Positions 39,264 to 49,010 are shown, counted from the first letter of the stretch. The stretch is DNA of 64,000 bases from Vicinamibacterales bacterium (GCA_044347565.1 JBIKUN010000002.1:13118-77117), one strand, 5' to 3'. Translations and numbers: made by a program. The notes: generated by a model not told the origin, from the sequence alone.

Positions 39264-42142
39264 CTGGGCTCCTCTGCCAGCGCCCGCAGCAGCACGGCGG
39301 GATGACTGGCCTTCACATCCGCGAAGTCGTGCACCTGGTGGCGGCACGACGTGCCGGCGGCCACGAGCACGCCGCCGGGTCCGAGGGCGCGGGCGGCCGG
39401 CATCAGCTTACGCTCGGCGATGGCGCGCGAGACGTCATAGTGTTCGACGCCGTAGCCGAACGATCCCGCCATGCCGCAGCAGCCGGCCTCGAGGTCCGTC
39501 ACGGTGGCGCCTGGAATGCGGCGCAGCAGCGCCGCCGCCTCGGCGGCCGCGCCCATCGCTCGCTGATGGCAGTGCGGGTGGAGGGCGATCTGTGACGGCC
39601 CCGGCCGGAGCGTGAGCGCGGCGCGTCCGGCCGCGAGCTCCTGTTCGAGGAACACCTCGAAGAGCACGCTCTGCCGGGCCACGGTCTCCGCGCGTTCGCG
39701 CTGGCGCCCGCGCAGCAGCGCCGGCACGTCTTCGCGCAGGGCCGACAGGCAGCTCGGTTCCAGGAACACGATCGTCTCGCCGCGCGCGGCGTGCTCGTGC
39801 AGCGCGTTCATGGTGGCGCGGCCGACCGTGCGGGCGTCGTCGAGCAGCCCCTGCGAGATGAGCGGCCGGCCGCAGCAGCCGTGCGGCACGAGGCGCGTGC
39901 CGATGCCGGCGCGGTCGAGCACCTCGACGGCGGCGACGCCGATCTCGGGATCGCTGTGTTCGGTGAAGGTGTCGGCGAAGAGCACGGCGCGCGTGGGGGA
40001 TGACGGCTGCCAGCCGCGCAGGCGACGCGACAGCGTCTCGCGCGCCCAGGATGGCAGCGTGCGGCGGCGATCCACGCCGAGCAGCGCCTCGTTCACGGCC
40101 CGCCCGAGGCGGCTCGTCGTGACGGCGTTCACGAGCGGCGCAAAGCGGCTGCCGAGCGAGGCGATGCTGCGCACGTTGCCGAAGGCGCGCACGCCGAGCG
40201 GCGTGCCGTGCGCATCCCACCGTGCCGCCAGCACCTCGCTCTTGATGCGCGCCATGTCCACGCTCGTGGGGCATTCGCTCTTGCAGGCGCGGCACTCGAG
40301 ACAGAGATCGAGCGCCTCATGCACGCCGGGCGCGTCGAGCCCCCCGGGGCCGAGCTGGCCGCTCATCGCCAGGCGCAGCACGTTGGCGCGGCCGCGCGTC
40401 GTGTCGGTTTCATCGCGCGTCGCCATGTACGACGGGCACATCGTGCCTTCGCGCGTCTTGCGGCAGAGGCCCACGCCGCTGCAGTTCTCGACCGCGCGGC
40501 CAAGGCCGCCGTCGGCCCCGAAGTCGAAGTACGTCACCGGCTCCGGCGTGCGGTAGGTGGTGCCGAAGCGCAGGTGCGCGGTGATGGGCGGCGTGTCGAC
40601 GATCCGCCCGGGATTGAAGATGCCCTGCGGATCGAACGTGCGCTTCACCTGGCGGAACGCCTGGTAGAGCGTTGCGCCGAACATCTGCTCGTTGAAGGCG
40701 CCGCGCACGAGACCGTCGCCATGTTCGCCCGAGAGCGCGCCGCCGAATTCGAGCACGAGCTCGGCGACATCGCGGGCGATGGCCTCGAACTGCGCCAGGC
40801 CCTCGGCGGTCTTGAGGTTGATGACCGGCCTGACGTGCAGGCAGCCCACCGAGGCGTGCGCGTAGACGCCGGCGTGGGTGCCGCGGCGGGCGACGATCTG
40901 CTGGAAGCGGGCGATGTAGTCGGCAAGACGCGCCGGGTCGACCGCCGTGTCCTCGACGAACGAGATGGCCTTGGCGTCGCCCTTCATGCCCATCGAGAGG
41001 CCGAGCGACGACTCGCGCACGTGCCAGACGCGGGCCTGCGCGGCGGCGTCGGTGAGCTGGCGGACGTGGCAGTGCACGCCGGCGCCGGCCAGGTCGCGTT
41101 CGAGCGCCTGCATGCGCGGCACGATCTCGTCGAGGTGGGCGCCGTAGAACTCCACGCAGAGCAGCGTGGGCTGGTCACCGCGCACGATCTGGCGCAGCGC
41201 GCCGTCGAGTGTCGGGTGGCCTTTCGCGTGGCCGAGGATGAACGCGTCCATCACCTCCACGGCCGACGGCCCGTGCGTGAGCACGGTCGGCGTGGCGGCG
41301 AGCGCGTCGAGGAGGTTGTCGAACTCGAGCGTGACGAGCGCCTTGGCCGCCGGCAGTGGCACGAGCCCCACGGTGGCGGCGGTGACGAAGCCGAGTGTGC
41401 CCTCCGAGCCGATCATGATCCGGGTCAGATCGACCGCGCCGTCCGTGCCGGTGAAGGCATCGAGCGCGTAGCCGCCCACGCGGCGCATCACCTTCGGAAA
41501 GCGGGCGTCGATCTCGGCGGCATGCGCGCGCGCGATTGCCGGCACCTCGCGATAGGCCCGCGCCAGGATGGCGTCGCCGGCCGACGCGCCGGCCAGCGCG
41601 TTGCCGCGCAGGGGCGCCAGGTCCGCCGTGTGGCCATCGGCCAGCACCACCTGCTGCGCGCGCACATGATCGCCGGTCTTGCCGTAGACGACCGACCGCG
41701 CGCCGCTCGAGTTGTTGGCCATCATGCCGCCCACCGTGGCGCGGCTCGATGAGCTCACATCGGGGGCGAAGCGCAGGCCGTGCGCCTTCACGGCGGCGTT
41801 CAGGTCGTCGAGCACGAGGCCCGGCTCGACCCGGGCTGTCCGCGCATCGACATCCACCGCCAGCACACGGTTCAGATACTTCGACGTGTCGAGCACGAGG
41901 CCGGCGCCGATCGACTGGCCGGCCTGCGACGTGCCGCCACCGCGCGGCGTGATGGGCACGCCGTAGCGTGCCGCCACCGTGACGGCGGCTTCGACGTCGT
42001 CACGCGAGCGCGGCAGCACGACGCCGAGCGGCTCGATCTGGTAGACGCTGGCGTCGGTGGCGTAGAGGGCGCGGGTGGCGCGATCGAAGCGCACCTCGCC
42101 AGCGAGGGCCTTGCGCAGATCCTGTTCGAGCGTCGCGACCAT
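39260..42142 (-). CDS. FAD-binding and Fe-S-binding oxidoreductase (YdiJ / GlcD-GlcF type 2-hydroxyacid dehydrogenase)
   Basis: YATDAS, PRGGGTSQAGQ, GSEGTLG, SGEHGDG, CSGVGLC, CLECRACKSECP and CCG motifs. Confidence 0.9.
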   Translation of the reverse strand: MVATLEQDLRKALAGEVRFDRATRALYATDASVYQIEPLGVVLPRSRDDVEAAVTVAARYGVPITPRGGGTSQAGQSIGAGLVLDTSKYLNRVLAVDVDARTARVEPGLVLDDLNAAVKAHGLRFAPDVSSSSRATVGGMMANNSSGARSVVYGKTGDHVRAQQVVLADGHTADLAPLRGNALAGASAGDAILARAYREVPAIARAHAAEIDARFPKVMRRVGGYALDAFTGTDGAVDLTRIMIGSEGTLGFVTAATVGLVPLPAAKALVTLEFDNLLDALAATPTVLTHGPSAVEVMDAFILGHAKGHPTLDGALRQIVRGDQPTLLCVEFYGAHLDEIVPRMQALERDLAGAGVHCHVRQLTDAAAQARVWHVRESSLGLSMGMKGDAKAISFVEDTAVDPARLADYIARFQQIVARRGTHAGVYAHASVGCLHVRPVINLKTAEGLAQFEAIARDVAELVLEFGGALSGEHGDGLVRGAFNEQMFGATLYQAFRQVKRTFDPQGIFNPGRIVDTPPITAHLRFGTTYRTPEPVTYFDFGADGGLGRAVENCSGVGLCRKTREGTMCPSYMATRDETDTTRGRANVLRLAMSGQLGPGGLDAPGVHEALDLCLECRACKSECPTSVDMARIKSEVLAARWDAHGTPLGVRAFGNVRSIASLGSRFAPLVNAVTTSRLGRAVNEALLGVDRRRTLPSWARETLSRRLRGWQPSSPTRAVLFADTFTEHSDPEIGVAAVEVLDRAGIGTRLVPHGCCGRPLISQGLLDDARTVGRATMNALHEHAARGETIVFLEPSCLSALREDVPALLRGRQRERAETVARQSVLFEVFLEQELAAGRAALTLRPGPSQIALHPHCHQRAMGAAAEAAALLRRIPGATVTDLEAGCCGMAGSFGYGVEHYDVSRAIAERKLMPAARALGPGGVLVAAGTSCRHQVHDFADVKASHPAVLLRALAEEPR

Positions 42143-42147
42143 CGCGT

Positions 42148-43239
42148 CTACTGGCTCTTGCCGCGGGCGGCAATCGACCATACAGCCTCGACGTCGTCGC
42201 CGCGCAGGGCGTGGATCTCGTCGTAGAGGTTCACCGTGGGATCGCAGTGCGGGGCGCGGAACTCGAGGCGGTCGCCCACGGCGAGGCGGCGGGTGGCACG
42301 CCGCATGTCGAGGCGGCCGTGTTCATCGCCGGCCCACGCATACGTCAGGTCGGGCCGATCGACGGGCAGCGGCGGGAACGGGCGATCGGTCGCGAATGCC
42401 TTGTAGCCGCCGTCGACGATGGCCTCGTCGCCCTGCACGCTCACGACCGTGGTCATGACCGAGAGCGACGGGCGGAAGTCGTCGTAGGCGGTGCCGGCCG
42501 GACCGCCGATCTGCAGGTAGTCGGTGTCCATGAAGATGAAGCTGCCTGGCTGCAGTTCGGTCAGGCCGTCGATTGCGGCATCCACGCGGTAACTGCCGGT
42601 GGAGCCGGCCGACACCAGCGGACAGGGGATGCCGTACGCCTCGAGCAGCGTCCGCGTGGCCACGGCCTCGCCCATGGTGCGCGTTGTGCGCGCCCGGCGC
42701 GCCTCGACGCCGACGGTGTGCGACGCGGTGGCGTCGTAGGCCTGGAGGCCGGCGAAGGCGAGGTGGGGTGATGCGGCAATCGCCTGCGCCACGGCCAGCG
42801 CCGGTGCGCCGGGCGCGACGCCCGTGCGGCCGAAGTAGAGGTCCACCGCGACGCGCAGCCGCACGCCGGCGTGGCCGGCTGCGCGATCGAGCACCGCCAC
42901 CTGGCCCACGTCGTCGGCCACGACGATCGTGTCCGGCGCGAGGCGGGCGAGCGACGCGGCGCGGGCGGCTTTCGCGTCGCCGACGACGGCGGTCGTCACG
43001 AGCAGGCCGCGCACGTCGTGGGCGGCGAACACTTCCGCTTCACCGAGTTTCGCGGCGCAGGCGCCCACGGCACCGGCGCGCACGAGGCGGCGCGCGATCT
43101 CGGGACACTTGTGGGTCTTGGCGTGCGGGCGGAGGGCCTTGCCATGGTCCGCCACGTAACGGGTCATGGCCGTGACGTTCGCATCGAAGGCGTTGAGATC
43201 GAGCAGCAGGGCGGGCGTCGGAATCTCGGCGCGGATCAT
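42148..43239 (-). CDS. DSD1-family PLP enzyme (D-threonine / 3-hydroxy-D-aspartate aldolase-like)
   Basis: TPALLLD, LRPHAKTHK, RTGV, ELQPGSFIFMD, GDEHG, HCDPTVN. Confidence 0.9.
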   Translation of the reverse strand: MIRAEIPTPALLLDLNAFDANVTAMTRYVADHGKALRPHAKTHKCPEIARRLVRAGAVGACAAKLGEAEVFAAHDVRGLLVTTAVVGDAKAARAASLARLAPDTIVVADDVGQVAVLDRAAGHAGVRLRVAVDLYFGRTGVAPGAPALAVAQAIAASPHLAFAGLQAYDATASHTVGVEARRARTTRTMGEAVATRTLLEAYGIPCPLVSAGSTGSYRVDAAIDGLTELQPGSFIFMDTDYLQIGGPAGTAYDDFRPSLSVMTTVVSVQGDEAIVDGGYKAFATDRPFPPLPVDRPDLTYAWAGDEHGRLDMRRATRRLAVGDRLEFRAPHCDPTVNLYDEIHALRGDDVEAVWSIAARGKSQ

Positions 43240-43409
43240 CGTCGGCGCGATGCTAGCAGATGCGGCCGGTGCCGCATACCCGCGCGCGGCAGACGGCACG
43301 TCCGACCCGTGGCACGCGGCCACGAGCCGGACACCAGCGGGTGACGGCCTGGTGGCGAACGGCGCGGCTCGGGGGGCCGAGCGGCGACTCGGCGATGCAC
43401 GCGTGCGTC

Positions 43410-43731
43410 TCCACGGGTTGGGGTGTAGTCGCCGGGACCACGAAGCGCTGTGAGTTGCCGCGCTTCGGATCGATGACAAGACGGGAGCTGGCGGGCTGGA
43501 GCGCCGTCAGCTTCGCGCGCATCTCGCGGCCCGTCACCGCCGCCGGGGCAGCGGGGCCTCGTTGCGCAGGATGCGTGTGTCGCTCCGGACGCCCGAACCG
43601 ACGAGGACGACCTGGCCCCGGGCGGCATCGTGACGCGCGCTGAACACCGCGAACGACTGCGCGAGGGCCGGGCTCGCGGTGAGCGCCAGCAACGCGCAGA
43701 AGATGAGGAAGAGACCAATGACTCGCGGCAT
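43410..43731 (-). pseudogene. Frameshifted remnant of an exported protein (signal peptide plus IPT/TIG-like beta domain)
   Basis: MPRVIGLFLIFCALLALTASPALAQ...VVLVGSG...ILRNEAPLP, then a frame change at about 43545 to VTGREMRAKLTALQPASSRLVI. Confidence 0.45.
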
Positions 43732-43807
43732 GCCGGGGGAACGCATGCCCCTGATAGCAGCAGCGCCAGACGCGGCGCGAGTGCGGGGCTGTACAGCGGA
43801 CGCGACG

Positions 43808-44200
43808 CTACTTGGCGGCCGGTGCGCAGGCCGACGACACCATCGTGACCGACGTCACGTTCACGCGGCTGACCGGCGTGGCCTTGATGAGCAGCCCCTT
43901 CACGAGCACGGTGTGGCCCTTGTGCGCCGGCAGGTCGAATTCCGACACACCGATGAGGCGGTAGGACGCGGTGCCCGACGTCGGCCCCTTGATGGCTTCG
44001 CCGGCCGGCGGGCCGTTGGCGATGCTCGGCACGGGTTCGGTCGCGTTCGTGAGCGACCAGTTCGTGCCCTGCTCGGCCAGGCAGCCGGTGACGGCGACGA
44101 TCGGCACCTTCTGCGCCGGTGCCTGCGCGCGCACGCCGACGGTGGTCGCGGCGGTGATCGCCACGGCCGCGGCCAGGGTCGCGAGAGAAGAACGCGTCAT
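43808..44200 (-). CDS. Small exported hypothetical protein (VTGCL...HKGHTVLVKG...C type)
   Basis: Signal peptide, two Cys, ATGA overlap. Confidence 0.75.
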   Translation of the reverse strand: MTRSSLATLAAAVAITAATTVGVRAQAPAQKVPIVAVTGCLAEQGTNWSLTNATEPVPSIANGPPAGEAIKGPTSGTASYRLIGVSEFDLPAHKGHTVLVKGLLIKATPVSRVNVTSVTMVSSACAPAAK

Positions 44201-44811
44201 TTCGAAGACTCCTTGCGCCACCACGGATTCCCGTAGTTGGTGAACGCCCCGCCATCCACCGAGAGGGTGTACTGCGTGCGGTAGTTGAGCGGCGAGAGCA
44301 GCCGCATGACGCTGTTGAGGCGCACGCTCTGGCCCTTCACGGTGAAGGGCGCACTTTCGAGGCGGATGGTGAACTGGCCGCCGAGATCGCCGTTGACCGT
44401 GCCCTTCTGCGTGTACGAGAAGCCGCGGCTGTCGGTCACCGTGCGGGTGAGTGCGTGCCCCTCGCGGTCGTACTCGAACACCTCGGTGATGGTGACGGCG
44501 CCACCGGTGTGTTCGGCCTTCGTCACCGCCTCGAACGTCGTCGGGCTCTTCTGCGTGTAGACGGTCGTGCCGCTCAGCACGTCGGCCGGGCCGAGCGGAC
44601 CTTCGGGGTAGTCCCACGTGACGTTCCAGCTGCCCTTGAAATACAGCCAGAAGTCGAGCAGCGGCGCCGGGTCGTCGGGTTTCGTCGGCCGCCCGAGCGT
44701 CGGCACCTGACTCTTCAACTGTTCCTGCGGCGTCTGCGCGCCGGCCGGTGCGGCCAGGCCGAGGCCGACGAGCAGCGCGGCGGCGCCCTGAGCGATGCGA
44801 CGTGTAGTCAT
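44197..44811 (-). CDS. Exported hypothetical beta-barrel-like protein
   Basis: Signal peptide, YFKGSWNVTW, host-like codon usage. Confidence 0.7.
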   Translation of the reverse strand: MTTRRIAQGAAALLVGLGLAAPAGAQTPQEQLKSQVPTLGRPTKPDDPAPLLDFWLYFKGSWNVTWDYPEGPLGPADVLSGTTVYTQKSPTTFEAVTKAEHTGGAVTITEVFEYDREGHALTRTVTDSRGFSYTQKGTVNGDLGGQFTIRLESAPFTVKGQSVRLNSVMRLLSPLNYRTQYTLSVDGGAFTNYGNPWWRKESSK

Positions 44812-44840
44812 GCCTGCAACGGAGCCTCGAACACGCGCGG

Positions 44841-46283
44841 TCACTGCCGCTGGCGGGGCTGTTCGCTCGTGGGCCGCTTCACGGCCTTTGTCAGATCCTG
44901 GCTGTCGACCGAGAACTGCGTCGTCGGCTGGTACATCTCATCCCAGCTCTGTTCCGACCAGTAGACTTCCTTCTCGGGCGCCGGGTTCCACTTGTTGTTG
45001 ATCGAGTTGTCGTAGATGGCGACGTTCGTGATCTTGCTGCCGGCCGGAATCTTCAGCGGCGCCGCCAGTTCGTACTGGATCTGCCAGTTGAAGTCGAAGT
45101 TCGGCACGTCGAGGATGACCTCCTCGCGGCCGTCCGGATACGTCACCCACCACTTCATGCTCCTGCCGCGCAGGTGCATGTGCGGCGTGAGCGCGTAGAG
45201 CGTGATCGGCTCGTTGACGGGCGTGATGCCCATCATCTTGTAGTCGGCCACGTACGGCGGAATGGTGGGCGTCTTGCCGCGCCGGCCGGTCGTGTCGTCC
45301 GATTCGTAGAGCACTTCCTTGCCCTGCGCGAAGTAGAGGCCGCGGCCGCCGCTGCCGGGCACGGGATCGCCGGCCTGCAGGTTCAGCACTTCCTGACGCA
45401 CCGGGCCCTTGGCCCACCACAGCCCGAGCTTGCTGCGATCGGTCTCGGGCTGACCGGTGGGGTTGTAGTGCATCACCCAGCGCACGTACTTCCCGGCGGG
45501 CACGCGCTTGGCGTAGCCGTCGGGATACCGCTCGTAGCCGCGGCCGGGCACGTAGGAAATGATCTTGTCGGCACCGGCGAGCGGCGTGCCGTCGCCCGAG
45601 GTGGCCTTCTTGCCCATCGGCACGTTCGGCGGCACCTGCTTGCCGTCCGGGTCGTAGAGATAGCCGTCCTTCGCGGTGTAGCCGTCGGGGATGTCGACGA
45701 TGTAGACGCCCGAGTGGTGCACGACGCTGAAGTTGCTCGGCCGGATTTCGACGCCGGTCGCGAACTTGTCTTCGCTGAACGGAATCTTCTCGTAGAAGTA
45801 GAGGTAGGGTTCCTGCGCGTCGGGCTTCACCGTCCACGCCACCGGCTGCTCGAAGACGAAGTCGGGTTCGCCGAGCTGCCAGCCCGAAGCGAAGGTGGGC
45901 GCGGGTGGCAGATCGGCCGGGTTGCCGCGCGGCGCGCCGCTCGTGGCCCAGGCGACGAGCGTGTCGATCTCGGCCTGCTGCAGACTGCGATCGTTGCCCA
46001 TCTTCATGCTGTGCGCGGCATCGGCGGCCCACGGCGGCATCTCGCGCTTCACGACCTTGTCCTTGATCGAGCGCGCCCAGGGCCGCGTGGTTTCGTAGCT
46101 CTGGAATGACATCGGGCCGATCTCGCCGGGCCGATGACAGCTCACGCAGTGCTTGTTCAGGATGGGTGCGACGTCCTTCGTGAACGTCGGACCGGCCGGG
46201 GCCGTGCCCTGCGCCGCGACATCAGTCGTCAACCCACACGAGAGGACCCACGCACCCGCCAGCACGCTCAGCGTACGCTTCAT
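44841..46283 (-). CDS. Exported cytochrome c fused to a copper type II ascorbate-dependent monooxygenase (PHM)-like domain
   Basis: DVAPILNKHCVSCHRPG, MPPW, VVHH, MHY, PHMHLRG, FDFNWQ, WDEM. Confidence 0.8.
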   Translation of the reverse strand: MKRTLSVLAGAWVLSCGLTTDVAAQGTAPAGPTFTKDVAPILNKHCVSCHRPGEIGPMSFQSYETTRPWARSIKDKVVKREMPPWAADAAHSMKMGNDRSLQQAEIDTLVAWATSGAPRGNPADLPPAPTFASGWQLGEPDFVFEQPVAWTVKPDAQEPYLYFYEKIPFSEDKFATGVEIRPSNFSVVHHSGVYIVDIPDGYTAKDGYLYDPDGKQVPPNVPMGKKATSGDGTPLAGADKIISYVPGRGYERYPDGYAKRVPAGKYVRWVMHYNPTGQPETDRSKLGLWWAKGPVRQEVLNLQAGDPVPGSGGRGLYFAQGKEVLYESDDTTGRRGKTPTIPPYVADYKMMGITPVNEPITLYALTPHMHLRGRSMKWWVTYPDGREEVILDVPNFDFNWQIQYELAAPLKIPAGSKITNVAIYDNSINNKWNPAPEKEVYWSEQSWDEMYQPTTQFSVDSQDLTKAVKRPTSEQPRQRQ

Positions 46284-46470
46284 CTGGAGCTCCTTCGCCG
46301 GACCTGGCCGACCCCGGGGGGGCGCCGCCGGTCCTGCGACAATCCGCCACACCGCCCTAGCCTCCACATTTCGCGGGCGAATGGCAAGCGAAAACCCCGC
46401 GCATGGGTTGCGGCTGAATCCTTTTCCGGCCGGCCGGCTCTATGTCTCGTGAACGACGGAGGAGGAACCC

Positions 46471-46683
46471 ATGGCGAGCTTCTTTGCGGTGAACGAACAT
46501 CCGGTGGAACGTGTGGCGCGGGTCGGCCTGGGCGTGGCGCTCGTGGCGCTGGCGGCCATGGGCACGATTGGCCCCTGGGGCTACATTGGCGTGGTGCCCA
46601 TCCTGACCGGCCTTGCCGGGACGTGCCCGCTCTATTCCGTGCTGGGATTCTCGACGTGTCCGATCCGGAAGCCGGGCGCGTAA
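46471..46683 (+). CDS. DUF2892 (YgaP-like) small membrane protein
   Basis: NEHPVERVARV...LTGLAGTCPLYSVLGFSTC; GGAGG Shine-Dalgarno. Confidence 0.9.
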   Translation: MASFFAVNEHPVERVARVGLGVALVALAAMGTIGPWGYIGVVPILTGLAGTCPLYSVLGFSTCPIRKPGA

Positions 46684-47246
46684 GCGACGAGGCGCTGCTC
46701 GCGCGCGCGGCCGGCGGCGACCGCGCCGCGTTCGACGACCTGGTCGTGCGCCACGCGCCGGCCGTGCTCCGCCTCATCCGTGTGCACGTCGGCCGGCCGG
46801 CCGAGGCGGAGGATGTGCTGCAGCAGACGTTCCTTGCCGCGTGGCGCGGGGCGACGGCCTTTCGTGGCGCGTCGAGCGTGCGCACGTGGCTCTTCACGAT
46901 CGCCCGGCACAGCGCGTGGCGGCGCCGCGACGACGTCCGCCGGCACGACGCGGCCGAAGTGCCGCTCGACGAGCTGGGCGTGCGGGCGGGATGGGGCAGC
47001 GAGGATCCGGAAACGCTGGCGCTCGCCGCCGAGCGGCGCGACCTGCTGCGGACGGCCTTCGAGGCGCTCGACCCGCTCGACCGCGAAGTGCTGACGCTGC
47101 GCGACCTGGAAGGGCAGTCGGGTGAGGAGACGGCGGCGCTCCTCGGTCTGAGTCTCGCGGCGATGAAGAGCCGGCTGCACCGCGCGCGGATGACGCTCGC
47201 GGCGCGTGTGAACGAGGAGGTGGCCCGTGCGACCCGACGAACGTGA
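46656..47246 (+). CDS. ECF RNA polymerase sigma factor
   Basis: GDRAAFDDL, AEDVLQQTF, TWLFTIA, KSRLHRAR. GTG start inferred. Confidence 0.9.
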   Translation: MSDPEAGRVSDEALLARAAGGDRAAFDDLVVRHAPAVLRLIRVHVGRPAEAEDVLQQTFLAAWRGATAFRGASSVRTWLFTIARHSAWRRRDDVRRHDAAEVPLDELGVRAGWGSEDPETLALAAERRDLLRTAFEALDPLDREVLTLRDLEGQSGEETAALLGLSLAAMKSRLHRARMTLAARVNEEVARATRRT

Positions 47247-47490
47247 GGTGGCGGGACTGACGTGCGCGCAGGTGATGCACGCGCTCAGCGACTACGCCGA
47301 GGGCGACGTGCCGGCGGACCTGCGGGCCCGCATCGAGGCGCACGTGGCCGGCTGCCGCCAGTGCGAGCAGTTCGGCAGCGGGTTCACGGCGCTGCTGGCC
47401 GGCATGCGGCGCGCACTCGCGACACCTGATCCGCTGGATGACGACGTGGTGGCGCGGCTGCGCCGGGTGGTCGCGACGTCGCCGGCGTGA
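47227..47490 (+). CDS. Zinc-finger (zf-HC2/ZAS) anti-sigma factor, cytoplasmic
   Basis: LTC...LSDYAEG...HVAGCRQC. Confidence 0.85.
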   Translation: MRPDEREVAGLTCAQVMHALSDYAEGDVPADLRARIEAHVAGCRQCEQFGSGFTALLAGMRRALATPDPLDDDVVARLRRVVATSPA

Positions 47491-47545
47491 ACGTGGCGCG
47501 GCGAGCCGCGCCGTGGCGCGTGCGGTTGGGTATGATGCCGCCACG

Positions 47546-48991
47546 ATGACGATCCGCCGCGCCGTGCTGTTCACGCTCCTGCTCCTGACATCGGCCTGCG
47601 GACGCGCCAGTGAGGCGCCGCCCCCGTCGGTAGAGCCGGCCGCCGCGGCCGCGCCGGTGCTGGCGTCGCTCGCGGTGGCCGACCTCGACGCGTTCATCAG
47701 CGCCACCGTGGCCGCGCAGCGCGCCATCGGCGTGAGCGTGGGCGTGATGCAGAACGGCCAGGTGATCTTCGCCAAGGGCTACGGCCTGGCGCGCGTGGCC
47801 GACAAGACGCCGGTGGCGGCCGACACGCTCTTCGCCATCGGCTCGGTCACCAAACAGTTCACGTGCGCCGTGGCGCTGCAGCTCGAACAGGAGAAGAAGC
47901 TGTCGTTCGACGATGCGGTGGCGCGTTACGAGCCGGGGCTGACGCGGGCGGCCGACATCACCGTGCGCGACATCGGCGGCATGGTGTCGGGGTATCGCGA
48001 CTACTATCCGCTCGACTTCGTGGACCGGCCGATGGCGGCGCCGCGCGCGAGCCTCGACATCGTGCGCGACTTCGCGGCGCGTCCGCTCGACTTCGAACCG
48101 CGCGCCCGCTATTCCTACAGCAACACCGGCTACCTGCTGCTCGGCGCGATTGCCGAGCGGGCCGGACGGGAGCCGTTCGCGGCGCAGCTCGACCGTCGGC
48201 TCTTCACGCCGCTCGGCCTCGCGCACACGCGGTACGAACCGGCGCGCGGCGGCGCCGGCATGGCCGAAGGCTACACGCCGCTCGGCCTTGGCGATGCCGA
48301 ACCGGCGGTACCCGAAGGCACGGGCTGGATCGGCGCCGCCGGCGGCATCTGGTCTACGCCGGGCGATCTGCTCACGTGGGATCTCGCGCTCATGGACGGC
48401 CAGGTGATGTCGCCGGCGTCGTGGGCCACGATGACCACGCCGCGCCGGCTCACCGACGGGCGCACGAGCGGCTACGGCTGCGGGCAGTCGATCCGCGACC
48501 GCGGGCCGGCGCTCGTGCTGCAGCACGGCGGCGCGGTGAGCGGCTTCGGCGCGCGCAACGCCATGGTGCCGTCGTCGCGCTCGGCGGTCGTGGTGATGGC
48601 GAATGCCGACTGGGCCGGCGGCGTGCTCGACACGATCGAGAGCGCCGTGCTCGCAAAGCTCATGCCGGTGGCCGACGCACCCACGGTCAGCGGGGGGCCG
48701 GCGCGCGAGGTGGCGCTCGACCTGCTCGCGCAGATCCGCAAGGGCGAGGTGAATCGCGCGCTCCTCGGCGACGAATACAGCGCCTTCCTGACCCCGGCGC
48801 GCCTGGCGGTCATGTCGACGTCGCTTGCCGACGCCGGTGACGTGCGCGACGTGCAGCCCGGCGCGATCCGCGAACGCGGCGGCATGGAGGTCTCGACCCT
48901 CGCGCTCACGGTGGGCACGACGCCGGTCACGACGCTCATGTACCGCACGCCCGACGGCAAGGTGCAGGAGTTCCTCTTCAGCCGCCGCTGA
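47546..48991 (+). CDS. Serine hydrolase / beta-lactamase class C-like lipoprotein
   Basis: LTSAC lipobox; IGSVTK (SxxK), YSYSN, HGG. Confidence 0.9.
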   Translation: MTIRRAVLFTLLLLTSACGRASEAPPPSVEPAAAAAPVLASLAVADLDAFISATVAAQRAIGVSVGVMQNGQVIFAKGYGLARVADKTPVAADTLFAIGSVTKQFTCAVALQLEQEKKLSFDDAVARYEPGLTRAADITVRDIGGMVSGYRDYYPLDFVDRPMAAPRASLDIVRDFAARPLDFEPRARYSYSNTGYLLLGAIAERAGREPFAAQLDRRLFTPLGLAHTRYEPARGGAGMAEGYTPLGLGDAEPAVPEGTGWIGAAGGIWSTPGDLLTWDLALMDGQVMSPASWATMTTPRRLTDGRTSGYGCGQSIRDRGPALVLQHGGAVSGFGARNAMVPSSRSAVVVMANADWAGGVLDTIESAVLAKLMPVADAPTVSGGPAREVALDLLAQIRKGEVNRALLGDEYSAFLTPARLAVMSTSLADAGDVRDVQPGAIRERGGMEVSTLALTVGTTPVTTLMYRTPDGKVQEFLFSRR

Positions 48992-49010
48992 AGACTCGTG
49001 TCAGACCCCG

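Noticed and set aside
47546-48991. Beta-lactam resistance gene
   Set aside because: It is a generic serine hydrolase with HGG instead of KTG. Nothing indicates beta-lactamase activity or mobility.
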